Shown here: positions 1-13,349 of the stretch, piece after piece | How positions within the stretch are numbered: the first letter of the stretch is position 1 | Layout: the number at the start of each line of letters is the position of its first letter | DNA from: Lama guanicoe | Taxonomy: Eukaryota | Direction of reading: 5' to 3' | Length of the DNA stretch: 64,000 nt | NCBI GenBank assembly: GCA_013239625.1 | Contig: MU054212.1 | Span: 8,065,412-8,129,411 of the forward strand | The notes under the pieces: generated by a model | Told to the model about the DNA's origin: nothing | Seen by the model: only the letters and a program-made list of their open reading frames with translations | The model's database searches: none | Translations under genes and position numbers: made by a program

Positions 1-627
1 CCCTTTTGGTTGCCTCTGAAGACAATGGTGTCAGTGTTTCTGAGCCAGATCCCTGGACTCGGAGCAGAGCCTGCCTGGCCGCACCCGGACCCACGACCCA
101 GCTCACCCCGCAGGCAGGGCTGGTGTCCCCTTGGGGTTTGAGAGCCAGCCATCCCTCCCCTCCTGGCCCAGTGCTGCCCAAGTATTTGTTTATTGAAACG
201 AAAGAGGCATGCTATATGAAACTCGGAATTTGCAGACGGAGCCCCTGGGTGGTTTGATGAGGGGTGTGCTCAGTGATTCCTACTTGTTTGGGAAGCAGAA
301 GCTTCCTCATGAGCCCTGCAAGGCACTCGGCTGGAGGGAGGGGAGGAATTACCCACTTCATTAGTTCATGGTTAGTTTAACTTTTTTTTAATTGACGTCT
401 ATCATTTTGGCTTTATGTCACTTAGGGGTAGAAGTAACTGACAAGATGGAACCAGTGGGCTTTTTACTCTCCTTCCCATCCAGCAGTTAAAACCGCCCTC
501 AAATTCTCTTCCATGGCTGAGTAAATGTCTCGATTATTTACACGGGGAAGTATCTCAGCGCAGACCTAGGAGCCACCCGAATAAGCAGCTGTCTGACCAT
601 GTGTCGCACCTCCTCCCCAGACACTGT

Positions 628-792
628 CTTTTTTTAAAAACTGAAGTATAGTTGATTTAAAAATGTGAGTTTCTGGTGTATAGCATAGTGATTCAGTTAT
701 ATATATTCTTTTTATATTCTTTATATATATTCTTTTATATTTTTCATTCTAGGTTATGAAAAGCTATTGAGTGTAGTTCCTTGTGCTGTAGA
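628..792 (-). mobile_element. L1 3' end fragment (artiodactyl-type)
   Basis: Poly-T followed by AACTGAAGTATAGTTGATTT...AGTTCCTTGTGCTGTA, the reverse complement of the L1 3' terminus seen at 5170-5370. Confidence 0.8.
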
Positions 793-793
793 G

Positions 794-895
794 TGACTGG
801 GACACTGTGCTGTACACCAGAAATGGACACATTGTAACTGACTGTACCTCAGTTAAAAAATAATAAATAAATAAATTAGAAATTAAAAATAATAA
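794..895 (+). mobile_element. Very short L1 3' tail
   Basis: TGACTGGGACACTGTGCTGTACACCAGAAATGGACACATTGTAACTGACTGTACCTCAGTT plus an A-rich tail; homologous to 14378-14436 and 62550-62627. Confidence 0.75.
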
Positions 896-1920
896 AGTAT
901 AGGAAACAATAATGCATCCACTTCTCAAGTCTGTTGTGAAGGATAGCTAATAAAAATTAACATGACACTTAGCAACCATGTTGTGCGAAGCCATTTGACA
1001 GACATCTATAGCTCATTTCAATGGAACATATTTGTCCTTCTCATATGAATCTATTTCCAACTGAAATTTCACTAGCTCTAAGACAGCCAAATGCATTCTA
1101 AAGAAGACATTCTTTATATTTCTGCCACTTCTTTTGGCATTTGTGGTGGAATCATAATAACGCATTTTACAAATGCAAAAAATTCTATGCATCAAAATTA
1201 CACTGAAAAAAATTTTTTTAAAAACAGCATTCTGCATAACTAAAACTCAGTTTCACCACATCTTTAAATGAAGGATATCGTTAGGGAGGTCATTTGCTAT
1301 CGGAAATTCTTAAAATCTATACATTAAGTCCATGAAAACAAAGAGAGAAAATAGAAGCTGATGTTATTAAAAGATATGCATTCTCTGCCTATGCAAACCA
1401 ATACTAAACTCTCTATCTGCTGGAATTGAAGGAAAGTTGTAGTTTCTACATGAATCCAAGGAACTGTGGACCGGAAGCTTCTTCGACAGCCAAATTCTTC
1501 TTCTGTGTACATTTTTAAAGTACTCTACTGTTCCCCAGACAGTGTTTTCTGAACAAAAGAAACCAGCAGGCCCCAAAACCACAGCCATGAGCTAGGATTC
1601 CTCAGATGTCATTGTGTTCCAAAGCCTGAGCCCAGGCAAGTGGTTACTTGTCGATAAACTTCACATTGTACAAAACCCCAGTTTTCAAAACAAAATATCA
1701 GGAGAGGCTGAGAGAAGAAAAACAAAATCTGAATGTTGGCTAGACTTGTCACCCTTGGTGATAAAAGTTTAATACATACTTGTGCTGAAAAACTTTAATC
1801 AGTCAACAAAATTGTCCTTAGGCGTGGCATATAATTCACAGGGCGGGGTGGCCAGTCACAACTCAAGCCCTGATGTCAACAATCAGAAGAAAGAAGAAAC
1901 TGATGAAACCAAAATTTTCT

Positions 1921-2399
1921 TTTTTTTTAACATTTTTTTTATTGAGTTACAGTCATTTTACAATGTTGTCTCAAATTCCAATGTAGAGCACAATTTTTCA
2001 GTTATATATGAACATACATACATTCATTGTCACTGTGGGCCACCACAAGATCCTGTATATATTTCGCTATGCTACACAGTACAATCTTGTTTATCTATTC
2101 TACATTTTGAAATCCCAGTTCCTTCCCACCACCCATCCCCCTGGCAGCCACAAGTTTGTATTCTATGTGTCTGTTTCTGTTTTGTATTTATGTTTTTGTT
2201 TGTTTGTTTTTTAGATTCCGCATATGAGCAATCTCATATGGTATTTTTCTTTCTCTTTCTGGCTTACTTCACTTAGAACGACATTCTCCAAGAGCATCCA
2301 TGTTGCTGCAAATGGCGTTATGTTGTCGGTTTTTATGGCTGAATAGTATTCCATCGTATAAATATACCACATCTTCTTTATCCAGTCATCTGTTGATGG
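1921..2399 (-). mobile_element. 5'-truncated young L1 with perfect 12-bp TSD
   Basis: Poly-T, then L1 3' UTR/ORF2-end motifs (CATGTTGCTGCAAATGGC, GAATAGTATTCCAT). Direct repeat CCAAAATTTTCT at 1909-1920 and 2400-2411. Confidence 0.92.
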
Positions 2400-5149
2400 C
2401 CAAAATTTTCTCTTTTGTTAAAATTCTTCTTTTCCTAAACACTTTGTTTCAGACTCTGCCTCATTTTGGTCACTTCTGGGACTCTGACTTTTGCGCTTGC
2501 TAAAAAAAATAGAAAAGTGCCAACCAAGAAAAAAGGATCATCTTGAGGGGAAGAGCCTTCACTCAGGAATGCGAGCAGTATCGCTTAAAAAACATTTTGA
2601 GGTGAGAAAAACAAAACCTAGAAAGTCAACATAGACCTCTCCCAGAACTGCTCTCAAAATGTGTCCATCCATGTTGTGTTATTTGCGTTAATAGGGTTCA
2701 AGCAAAACAGTCAAATCAGAGCCCTGTATACATCTAACCTCTTTTTTCCCACAATAACCTAAATCCTAGTAAACTGAATGAAATTTGCCTTTAAATAGTT
2801 TAAAAAAAAAAAAAAACAAGGGAGGGGAAGGTGGTTAGGTAAGAATGCAAACTTCCCACTGTCCCCTGCCGGGCACTGGTATTTGATGCCCTGCCTCCAG
2901 TGATCTCCCGCTAACTTTCTTCCTTTCTCTTTTTACAGACGCTTTAGAAATCCTTCATGTCCCATCCCCCACCCCCCTTTGTCTCTGAGCCCGACCTGTG
3001 GCTGGCTACTCTGGGTCCACCGTCTTTGAAATCGGCCTCTGCTTTTGCTCGGGGCTGCTCTGTAAAAACCGGGAGAAACCGATAGAGGGTTTGATTTTTT
3101 TTCCGTTACTTAAATAAGACAACAATTTTCTCTCCAGTTAGCCCTATGAGATAAGAGAGTTACACTGATTAAGACCATGCTTTTTTAATTGCACTACCTT
3201 CTCTAAACACCACCCTCAGCAAAGCAATCTCAAATCTTAATCTCAAAATCTCCTGTGCCCCCTGAGCTAGCACTTTGTAGACACTCCGTGGCAGAAAGAT
3301 TCTTCCAGCCCGGTTTCCTAGGGCTTCCTCACCTGCAGAAAGCCTTCCTTTGATCAGAATTTGGGTTCTGCTCCCAGCTGGATCTGCATTCCTGAATCTC
3401 TGGTGCTTTGCTTTACAGCTGCCCAAGCGGGTCCCACTGCCTAGAGAAGGAAGCAAGGAAGTTAGCAGCCGGGAGAGTGCTTCCTGGCATCTCATACGGG
3501 AACCCTGGAAGGGTCTCCCCATAGGGAAATACATCTACGCACAAAATAAGCTACGACTAGAAAGGTTTCAAGAGAATTCAAAGGGATTTTCTTTAAGGAA
3601 ATATTGTTTCCCCTAAATAGGCAACAGTTAACTTTGGGAATTAAGCAATGGCTTACTTAGATCGTGAGCCTGCTCTTCTTACACTTTGTCCTCCTCCTGA
3701 GCACTTGCTTCATGCAGTTAACCTCAATCCCCATCTTCATTCCTAAACTTTCCTGGCCCATCTCCGACTTGACCTGTCCCTTCAGTCCCAACAAACTCTC
3801 GTGCAACTCCATGCTTCCATTTCTAACTTCACAGACACCCACATACACAAGGACCCCACACACTCTGCCAGAGTCCCTCCACCCTCTGGGGAGGGGGTGA
3901 TAACTACTGACCATCACTCATGACCATCTGGATGTAAGAAAACGTCACCTCTTCCAATAAAGAGGAGATGTGGTTCTGCACTTAAAAGAACCTACAGCCA
4001 CAGAGGAGAGAGGAGAGAGGAGGACCAGCCAGCGTGTCGCTGTATAGGACTGAACGGGAGCATTTCTGGAAGATGCCCCAGGCCCCGGATTTGCTTCTCT
4101 GCCTCGCTCTGTGCACCCACCCATTCTCTGTGCTGTGGACAAGCTCCCCAAGTCACTGAATTTACCCTGGAAAAGCTACTGAGAGGTTTTTCAAGTTAAA
4201 AGGGAAAACTCCAGCTTCATCATCCTGGGATCAGGTTCAAGATAGGAACCATTCTCCGCTGGGAACAAGACAGAGCTGCAAACTGTCGATATGGACCGAG
4301 AGCGGCCAACAGGAAGAGTATTTTAAAAAATGACAAACCACTTGTGGAAGTTTTGGCATCATTTCCTCTGATGACTGGTAATACTTTAAAAAGGAAATAC
4401 TAGAAATAGTCCTAACCAAAATAGTCCTAAGCAAAAGCCTGGTAACAATAAATTCTTGATCATGATCCATTAAGGGGATCATCAGCCCCCGGATAATGAA
4501 ATCTAATGTTTTTGTTAGAATGGGGGTTTTCCTAAAAAATGCTCATTATACTTAAGTTTAGAATGATTCTACCTTACAATGCAGCTCTCATCTTAGAGAA
4601 AAACACGTGAATGTGTTATTATGGGAGGAGAACTTTGACCTGGGGAGGGTATTCAGGCATTCTCCCAGACAAGCTGTTGATTTCCACATAAAAGTTGGCA
4701 AAAGAGAGAGCCATCTGGGATAACATGTTATCCACATTGTTGGTGTCTCACTGTTAGAAGTGTATTTTAGTTTTCTACCACAAAAAAGAAATGATATTAT
4801 GCAGCCAATAGAGGCTACTTCACAATAAATCACAGATGTATAAAGAAATGAGGATGAGTGTTTGGTTTTACCTATTTCAAAAATCTAAAACATTTTTTAA
4901 AAATTTTTTGTTGAAGCATAGGTGATTAACAATGTTGTCACTTTTTAAAAATGAGCATTTGGTACAACTGTCTACTTGCCTGTTTTTAGAGTTTTCTATA
5001 AAGTGTATCCTGTGTTCCCAGATCCCATGGTGCCTTTTGCAATGAAGACCATAAAAAAGCGTTAACAAGGAGTTAAGGGACTTGGGTTCTAGTCATCACT
5101 CTACCATTAACTTAGTATGGGATAGTGTGCGAGATATTTAATTTTCCCC

Positions 5150-5777
5150 AATACATTAGTTAACGCTAGCTACAAACTCCTATATACAAAATAGATAAAC
5201 AAGGTCCTACTGCTTAGCACAGGGAGTTATATTCAATATCTTGTAATAACCTGTGATCAAAAAGAATCTGAAAAAGAATATGTGTGTGTATTACTGAATC
5301 AGTATACAGTACACCAGAAACTAGCACAGCATTGTCAATCAACTATACTTCAGTTTTAAATAAAAAAAAAGTAAAGTAACACTAACTGTGTAACAAACAC
5401 CAAAAGTTCACTGGTGATAAAAGATGGTTTCTTGCTCACAGGACAGGTCCATGCAGATATCCCTGGTCAGCAAGCAACTTTCCTTCCTACGATGATTCAG
5501 AAGTCCAGCGTCTTCCTGTTTTAAAACTGCCCTGCTCATGAGGACATCAAAGACCTCTGCTTCGTGCTAGTGGAAAGGGAAAGAGAATATGGAAAAACCC
5601 CACCCTCTTTGTAATAATCTGGCTACAAGTGACATGCCTCACCTCCACTCTTATTCCAACATCAAGAACTAGTCGTATGCCGATGCCTGACTGCAGAGAC
5701 AGGAGCTAGGGACGGAGAAATACAGTCCAGTGAGGGACAGCATGAATTTGGGGTACACAGCTATAATCATTTCCACA
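5150..5777 (-). mobile_element. MaLR (MLT1-type) solo LTR, interrupted by an L1 tail and itself interrupting a MIR (~5065-5145 and ~5790-5885)
   Basis: Degenerate MLT1-like motifs (CTGTGTAACAAACAC, TTTCTTGCTCAC, AAGTGACATGCCTCACCTCCACTCTTATTCC, AGAACTAGTC). MIR-like halves on both sides. Confidence 0.6.
5170..5370 (+). mobile_element. L1 3' end
   Basis: AAGGTCCTACTG...AGCACAGGGAGTTATATTCAATATCTTGTAATAACC...CAACTATACTTCAG plus poly-A. Confidence 0.88.
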
Positions 5778-6049
5778 CATCAAACCTCTACTTAGTCCTC
5801 TGTGAAGTGATAACAGTAACTGACCTGCCACCCCGCAGGAACATTGTAGAGAAAAGAGTAAGAAATGTTAACATGCTTTGAAAATGGTTCAAGAGAATTA
5901 TGGCTCCACAAGATTTTCCCTACTATCTCCCAACTTATCTGTTTTCTAGTATTTCAAGATTCAAACCCATCTTCAACCAAAAAGTTATAAAAGCAGACAC
6001 CTCCGTGTCTCTGTGTCTGCCGTCCTCCCCCTCTAGCTGCTTTTAACAA

Positions 6050-6770
6050 AGTCTACTCCTGAATCCATGAACAATCTGTTTTCTTGGCTTCCACATCAGG
6101 ACATCCTCCTGACCTTCTTGCTTTCTCACTGCCCCCTCTCAGTCCACCATGATGAGTTTTCAATCTCCACCCAAATATTTTTTATTGCAACATCTCAGGA
6201 CTCTGTCTTAACCATCTCTCTCTCCACACGGACTCTTTAGACAATTTTATTGCTTCCTAGGCTGAGGATCCTGAAACTGTATCTTAAGTCCAAGCTGCTC
6301 TTCTGAGCTTCAGACTCCCACATACCACAGCCTCCTTGACAGTTCCATCTGAAATCTCCATAGATAGACCAAACGTCACATGGCTAAGGCAGAACTGATT
6401 TTCTTCCCCTAAACCTGTTCCTTTGCTAATCTTCCTGTATGTAATTTTCCCATGTTAGCAAATGGCATCCATTGCTCAAATTCAAAACCTTAGAATCATT
6501 TTCACTCCTTCCTTTCCTCCACTGCCTGTTGATAAATCCTATTGGCTTTAGCACAGCCTCCACCAAAAAAGTCTTCCCTATCCATGCCTAGCTATATACC
6601 TGCTGTCTCCTTGATACAAGCTACTGTCTCACCTCACCCAGGTTGCCACAGGAACTTCCTAACTAGGTTAGCTAATTCCACACTTGCCCCTTGAAACCCG
6701 TTCTCCCCAGCTCAGCAAGAGTCATCTATTTAAGATGTACTAGACTTTATCAAATCTCTGAAGCCCTCAC
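6050..6770 (+). mobile_element. L2 LINE fragment (continues at ~9800-9970 and ~10300-10640)
   Basis: Pyrimidine-rich L2 motifs (TCTTCTGAGCTTCAGACTC, CAAAACCTTAGAATCATTTT). An L2 3'-end-like stretch occurs at 10300-10640. Confidence 0.7.
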
Positions 6771-7249
6771 TTTTTAAACATAACTTACATATGAAGGAAA
6801 TAACATACCACTTGGACTATGACACGATGCGTTCTTGTTACATCAATTATAAGTACATTTTGATGTCAGATATGTTAAAAAAAATTTTAAAAATAGTAAT
6901 GGCAACTGGCTGATTTTGAATCTACCCACTCACCCTCCACCCCCTGAAAAAAAACAAAACCAACAAAGGGAGGGAATAAAAGTATACGTAATCCACTGCT
7001 TTAGTAATACCATAAAACAGAGAATATCATGATACTCAAGTGATCTGTTAAATTGAGAAAGAAACCAAATTCCAGCTGAGCTCTGGCTGTACACTCACCA
7101 CTGCAAGCCTGCGGGTGCAGGGGGTGCAGGAGGGGAGCTTAACAGACTGCATGAAAATATTGAAGGGGTGCAGGAAACTTAGAGACAAAATCTTCCCCGG
7201 GAAGAGAAAATCCAGCAGTGAACACTGACCACAGGTTAGGTCTTGGAAA

Positions 7250-9790
7250 TGAACAGCACCAGCATTGCTCAGGGAAAGAAGGAGATGCTCTTGCAAACAT
7301 AGCAGTGAAGGAAAAGAAGGTGGTAAGAAAGGAAGAGTAAATATTTTGTATTAAATCAAATAAAATAACTAAGGAAACAAAGAAACAAAACATTGCCTTC
7401 CCAACACCATCAACAAAACTATAAGAGCAGCATGGAGGAGGGCAGAACTGTCAGAACAGAGAATTATCAAGCTAGGAGCACCGACCACAAAATGAATAAG
7501 AATAGAAACAGCAGACCACATCCATGTAAAACTGTTATAAAAATTCGGAAAATGTGAACGAAGGCATTTCAGTTGATAAAAATTCTACCCCCCCCAATCA
7601 ACTGTAAAGCCAAAGAGATTTTAAACAACACTCCAAATATTTTCACATAAACATTTGTAACTATGAAAAAAAAATAGCTTGAATCAGAAATACCAAAACA
7701 AAGAAGAGAAATGGAAGGAGTAAGGAAGAAGGAAAATAAGAGTTGATTGAACTCAGGAAAGAAATAGATGGGGGAAAACAAGACAAAAATCATATCAGAA
7801 ATGAAGACGAAATCACAAAGTACTCAGGAGAAGATTCAAATGAAAATTTAAGAACAGAAAACCAAGAGAATAAAACTGAAGTAAAGAAGTAAAAAGGAAA
7901 TCCAAATAGGATAAACACAAAGGGATTCACCCTCTACCACATCTGTGTCAAAAGGAAAATACAAAGAAAATCTTGACAGCAGAAAATAAAAACGACTTGT
8001 CACATGCAAGGAACCCCAATAAGATTAACATCCGACTTCTCGTCAGAAAAGATGGAGACAAAGGGATAAAATAATTAAAGTGCTGAAAGAAACTGTCAAT
8101 CAAGAGTCTCATATCTAGCAAAACTATCTTTCAGAAATAAAGATGTTCCCAGATAAATAAACAAAAACTCAGAAAATCCATTTATCTTTGCAAGAGAAAT
8201 AGAATGGCATCAGACATCTCAGAACAAAGTAAGGCAACAGTGGGCTAGCAATTTCAAAAGACTTAAGGGAAGAGGGTGTAAATTAAAAGCATTACATCCA
8301 CTCAAGCTATCCTTCAATAATCAAAGCTGTAAAAAAAAAATGCCTTTAAAAATGAAAGAATTCTGGGAATTATTTCCTAACGTCCTCATGTGCCCTTCCT
8401 GAAGAATCTACCTTAAAAAGGGTTTTTAAGGCTGTTTGTAAGGCTGTTAAAAAAAATGTGACACAACATTGTAAACTTATTATACATCAATAAAAAATGT
8501 TAAAAAAAAAACAAAACAGGCACCCTTACACATTGCTGGAAAAAGTAAGAAGTTAATATATCCTCTTCGGAATGAATTTTTTTCAACATCTAAATAAAAC
8601 AACATATACATCTAGCTATTTATCCAGCAATTCGACACATAGGAATTGATTCTAAAGACAGCTCTTCAATGGTAAGGAAATACATGTGCAAAAGAAGTTA
8701 TTTATTGCATTATTTTTCAATTAAAAATATAGGAAATTATCTAAATGTCTCCTATGGAGAGCATAGGAGATTGAAAAACAATGGTATATATACATAATGG
8801 AGAATTACGGAGCTATAAAAAAGAATGAGGATGATAGTTATGAATTGATATGGAGAATTTCCAAAAGATATTGTTAATGGAAAAAAAAAAGTACAAAAGA
8901 ACACATGTAGGATGTACCTTTTCTGTAAGAAAGAAATAGAGAAAAAGAAAACGTGAATTTACTTGCTTATCCTTAAAAAGAAATTCAGGAAAGATAAACT
9001 AAAAAGCAATGAATTTGGTTCCCGACCGCTACAAGGGGTCGGGAGTGGAGTGAAGAAGGGTGGAAGGAGTGTAGAAGGGAGTAACACTTGCCTAAGTATA
9101 ATTCTTCATGAAATTTTTATTTCAGAAGGAGGTTAAGGTTCTCCATATGCAAAAATTGAATCAACGAGGGACAAGGATATATGTATCCATATTTATGTGT
9201 CTGTAATACATGCACACATTTCCTGGCTCTGTCTCCTGAGCCAGCCCAGTAGCAGTGAGTTCACCTAACACCCAGGTATTGGTCTCTAATACCATTTCCC
9301 ACTAAAAAGCACCACGGATCCTCAGAGAAGTAGCTGTTCCAAGGCTCAGTCAAGGTGGGTACAGAATTCATGAAACATCCAATTGTGCCAGAAAGCAAAA
9401 CTGTACTTTAAAAAAGAAGCAACAGGGCATATCACCAGATTCAGGTTTCAGCTTGAAAGGGCCATCCCTGGCCAAACCTGGGACAATTTGATGGCCAAAA
9501 CAATTAGGAATGGTAAAAAAAATTACAGACTACAGGGAAAAATAGGAACCCATGAGTCCACACACCAGTATAAATAAAGACATACACAGAAGGGAAGGGA
9601 GGATGCCTGCTTATAATCAAGCTGACTGATAGGTGTGGAAGGAGTGTTGAGTTGGAAAAAAATTCTTCGCCACCATCCTAGTAAAGATTGGTTCAAGCAA
9701 ATAATGACTGGATGCTAAATCGAAAGGATTTTTTTTAAATGAGAAATAGGATATTTGCATGAAAAATCTTAGAAATTATAATTTAAGACA
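7250..9790 (+). mobile_element. Old L1M fragments (ORF1 remnant ~7950-8400; L1MC-like 3' region ~8520-9790)
   Basis: A-rich strand bias. ORF1-like AATAAGATTAACATCCGACTTCTCGTCAGAAA and CTAGCAAAACTATCTTTCAGAAAT. L1MC-type 3' UTR motifs (ATTTCCTGGCTCTGTC, GGAACCCATGAGTCCA). Confidence 0.7.
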
Positions 9791-10009
9791 AATCAAATTA
9801 TGTCACTCCCATTTCACAGCCTTGAACAACTTCGCGCTGCTGCCTCCGACACCCGCCGGATGCGTTCCCACCCCAGCTCCGCCCAGCCGTGGCCTCTCTC
9901 CTGCCGCAGCCTCAGCACCGGCCACTCTTGCCTTCTGTCTTCCATTCTGAACTCTTTCAAGCCTCAAGTCTTTTCACCTATATGGAGCTGTTGTTTCTAC
10001 TAACCCAGA

Positions 10010-10297
10010 ACCCTTTTCCCCTGGGGTAACCCCCACCCACCATCAGTCCACTGGGTTCAGAAGAACCAGTGCTGCCCACACTCTGAGCGCCAGGCAGGCT
10101 GTGAGCTGCTGAGGGCGCATCTGAGAACGAAGCCAATACATAGACAGCAGAGGTGCCGGGTGGAAGCTGGACCAAGTCCTGACAGCATCCTTTGAGGCCT
10201 TGACTCTAGCTAAGCGTGAAATGAGATCTATCCGAGGGCTTTCTGCTCACTTAGCCAAAAACTCCCTTCTGCTTTGGCTAGTTGGAGTTGGAGTTCA
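10010..10297 (+). mobile_element. MaLR (MLT1J/K-like) LTR fragment inside L2
   Basis: CTGAGAACGAAGCCAATACA...GTCCTGACAGCATCCTTTGAG...GCTAGTTGGAGTTGGAGTT resembles the MLT1 3' half. Confidence 0.55.
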
Positions 10298-10857
10298 CGG
10301 GTGTGCTGTTCCCCTTGCCTAGAATCATGCATGCCCTTCCCCTCCCTCTCCACAAGACGGGCTCCTTTCCCCGTACATCTTCTGTGAGACACATTTCCTG
10401 AGCATCCTACTTAAAGGTTCCCTATTCAGATCTGTTTTTCCATTTCTTAGCCCTGTTTTTTTGCCTCATTGCACTTAACACAACTTGCACCATTTATCTG
10501 TATGTTTACTTCTTTTTAAATAATTTCCCCCATTTAAGTCAAGCAAGGGATAAGGCGGTCTCAGGCTCCATTGCACCCACAGGCCTGGGGTGTCACCTGA
10601 TCATAGTAGTCACCCACTGTTTATTAAATACCTGAATACCTCACTTTTCCTAGTTACACTAAGTCTTTGAATACTGAGTAATCTATATTTTTTAAGAGAG
10701 GAAAAATATGAGTTTTGCACTAGATTTTTATACCTAGAAATTATTTTACTAGATGAAAAACTCCTTAAGGAATGCTTTATTGCATTTTCATTTTCTGCCC
10801 ACCCCCGATATCTTGCACAATCTCTTCCCCATAGCGTGTGTACAATTAAATGATTCC

Positions 10858-11227
10858 TACCCACAGTGTAGGAGGGTTGCCTTTTCTCCACACCCTCTCC
10901 AGCGTTTATCATTTGTGGACTTTTGAATGATGTCCATTCTGACTGGTGTGAGGTGATACCTCATTGTACTTATGATTTGCATTTCTCTGGTGATGAGCGA
11001 CATTGAGCATTTTTTCATGTGCCTATTGGCCATTTGTATGCCTTCATTGGAGAACTGATTGTTTAGGTCTTCTTCTCATTTTTGGACTGGGTTGTTTGGG
11101 TTTTTTTCTTATTAAGTTGTCTGAGCTGTTAATATACTCTGGAAATTAAGCCCTTGTCAGTCTCATCTTTTGCAGATATTTTTTCCCATTCTGCAGGTTG
11201 TCTTTTTGTTTTGCTTCTGGTTTCCTG
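10858..11227 (-). mobile_element. L1 ORF2 C-terminal internal fragment
   Basis: ORF track 10610..10912 begins [16 protein letters not shown], the L1 ORF2 C-terminal motif. DNA motifs include CATTCTGACTGGTGTGAGGTGATACCTCATTGT. Confidence 0.9.
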
Positions 11228-13349
11228 TAATAGTGAAATCTTGATAACTCAGAGGGCTTGGGTGTTCTCCGAAGCCAGCATCCTGTAGACTAGCAGTCAT
11301 CACGTATGCTATCAGAATAGACTAGTGTGCGACGAGCAAACAGGCATACTGTGGTGTGCTTGCTGAAAACAAAGTATCAACATTTTACAATTATTTTCTT
11401 TTTTAAACGTGATATAGGGTGAATTCTAGCATGTCCTTATGTCTTTCTCATTCATTTACCTTGAATACATGAGAACTGTGTATAACCACAGCTTGTCCTG
11501 AATAGCAGCCCACAGTTTACCATGATGCCAGTCAGTAAATGTCAGTAGTTGTCACAATTACTGTGGTATGTGAAAAAATACCGAGAATTTCTTCAACATC
11601 TGAGTATTCCCAAGGGAATTCATCATGTATGTGAATGTCAAGGGTATTACAACAGAGGAAAGGTTGGGGATCATTGCTCTGGATAAGCCTTAGGGAATAT
11701 TCCTGAAACTCATTTTCTGCTACATTTGGTCTAAAGCAAATAGAATTTTTCTCTTGGCTGTAATTCTGTGGTATAAACTTTCTGTTTTCAGCCGTTTCAT
11801 TCACATCTAAAATATCAAATTAATAACTTGGTAGTTTTCCTCTCTTGTCTACTGAAACGATTTTTTAAAAAATAGTTTCAATACATCTCACTCACCCCCT
11901 TGAAACTAAGTAACTCCGCGCTCTCTACCAACAATTTAAACATTTGCATCCACTTTGAATAGCAAACAGAAAAAGAGGTCACATTTCAGTTCAAATATAT
12001 CACTTGAATGACTTTAAGAAATACTATCCCAAATGCTCATTTGTGACTGTTGTGTCATCAAATTGAAACCACAGAGGCATTGTGAAAGTATGTTGACATA
12101 AGTAACTCATTTTTTATGAAGTATGACATTCTTACGCAGAAGTTCGAGGAATTCGGAGTTTGTCTTTAAAAACTTCTCACAATGATACTCCTTAAACCAA
12201 CAATAAACTCTCAAAGACATCTGCTATTATGCAAGGTCCCTTAGCAAGCTCCTGTAACTGGCAGATACGGTTTGGCCATGTGTTTAAAACACTGTTCTCC
12301 ATTTGTTCACAGCAACATACTTCTAGTCCACAGGTCAGAGAAAATGGATAATTTAATGTGAAATATTTGACCTGCAACTCATGCATTTCTCCAAAGGGCC
12401 CCAAACTCTTTAGATTCAAATTCAAACAATTAGTCTGTGTGAAAAAAAAAAAATTAGGCGCTTTTAAACCATCCCAAGGCCAAAAAGAAAAAAAAGACTC
12501 TAGTAAATTAGTATTTTATCAATAGTGTTTAAATAAAAGTCGGTTGAAGAAAAGAATTCCCATCACATCTGAAGCTACTTATATCTCTTATTCTATAAGC
12601 AAAAGACAGATAAACCAACGTCAAAATTATTTGAGTTGAAATATAGAACACTTCCAAGGAAGAGTATTCATCCAGAGTGAATATTTATAGAAAAGCTCTA
12701 TTCCTCAAAAAAATGTATGTGTTTATAATGCCAAACTTGGCCAGAATTCTTAAGTCTATTACATGAAAGTTTCCTAACAACTTTGCTTTGAACAAAAATA
12801 CTGGCTTGCAAAAACTGCCCAAGGATTATTAAAAACCACTTTAGAAGAGCTAGTAAATAAAGGTATTAAGTGAAAAATTCACCCCAAGCCCTTTCCTTCT
12901 GGCAAAATACCTTCTTAAATCATCTGTGAGTTTCTAAAATATTTTAACGACAGACAAATGCCTTTTTCTGCCCCAAAGATTTGTAAGTTATGACAGCTCA
13001 TTTGTGTTTTATTACCACTCAAAACTTGAATAGAATTTACTTAAAATCAAAAGGGAGGGGTGGACATGTAATGATTTAAAAGAGTGAATAACAAATACAA
13101 TTTATAGAAGGATTGATATTAAAATTTGAATGACAATTATGCTAATTCTGCCTCAAAATTTTACACAAGATGAATGTAAGAGCAATCATTCCAAGCGTGG
13201 TTTTAAAAACACAAGGCAGCATAGAATAGAACAGATATTTTGACATTAATTTTAACAAGCAGTTTAATGTAGCTTTTATCTCTGGGCCTTTGTCCCATCT
13301 AGAACCCCCGTCCCAGCCAGCTGTTTCCAGAGAGGTTGTATGCTCTGCA

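Noticed and set aside
1324..1588. Two overlapping minus-strand ORFs that might be a terminal coding exon
   Set aside because: No recognisable homology and no convincing acceptor.
1782..2276. 164-aa ORF
   Set aside because: Mostly an antisense read through the L1 insertion at 1921-2399.
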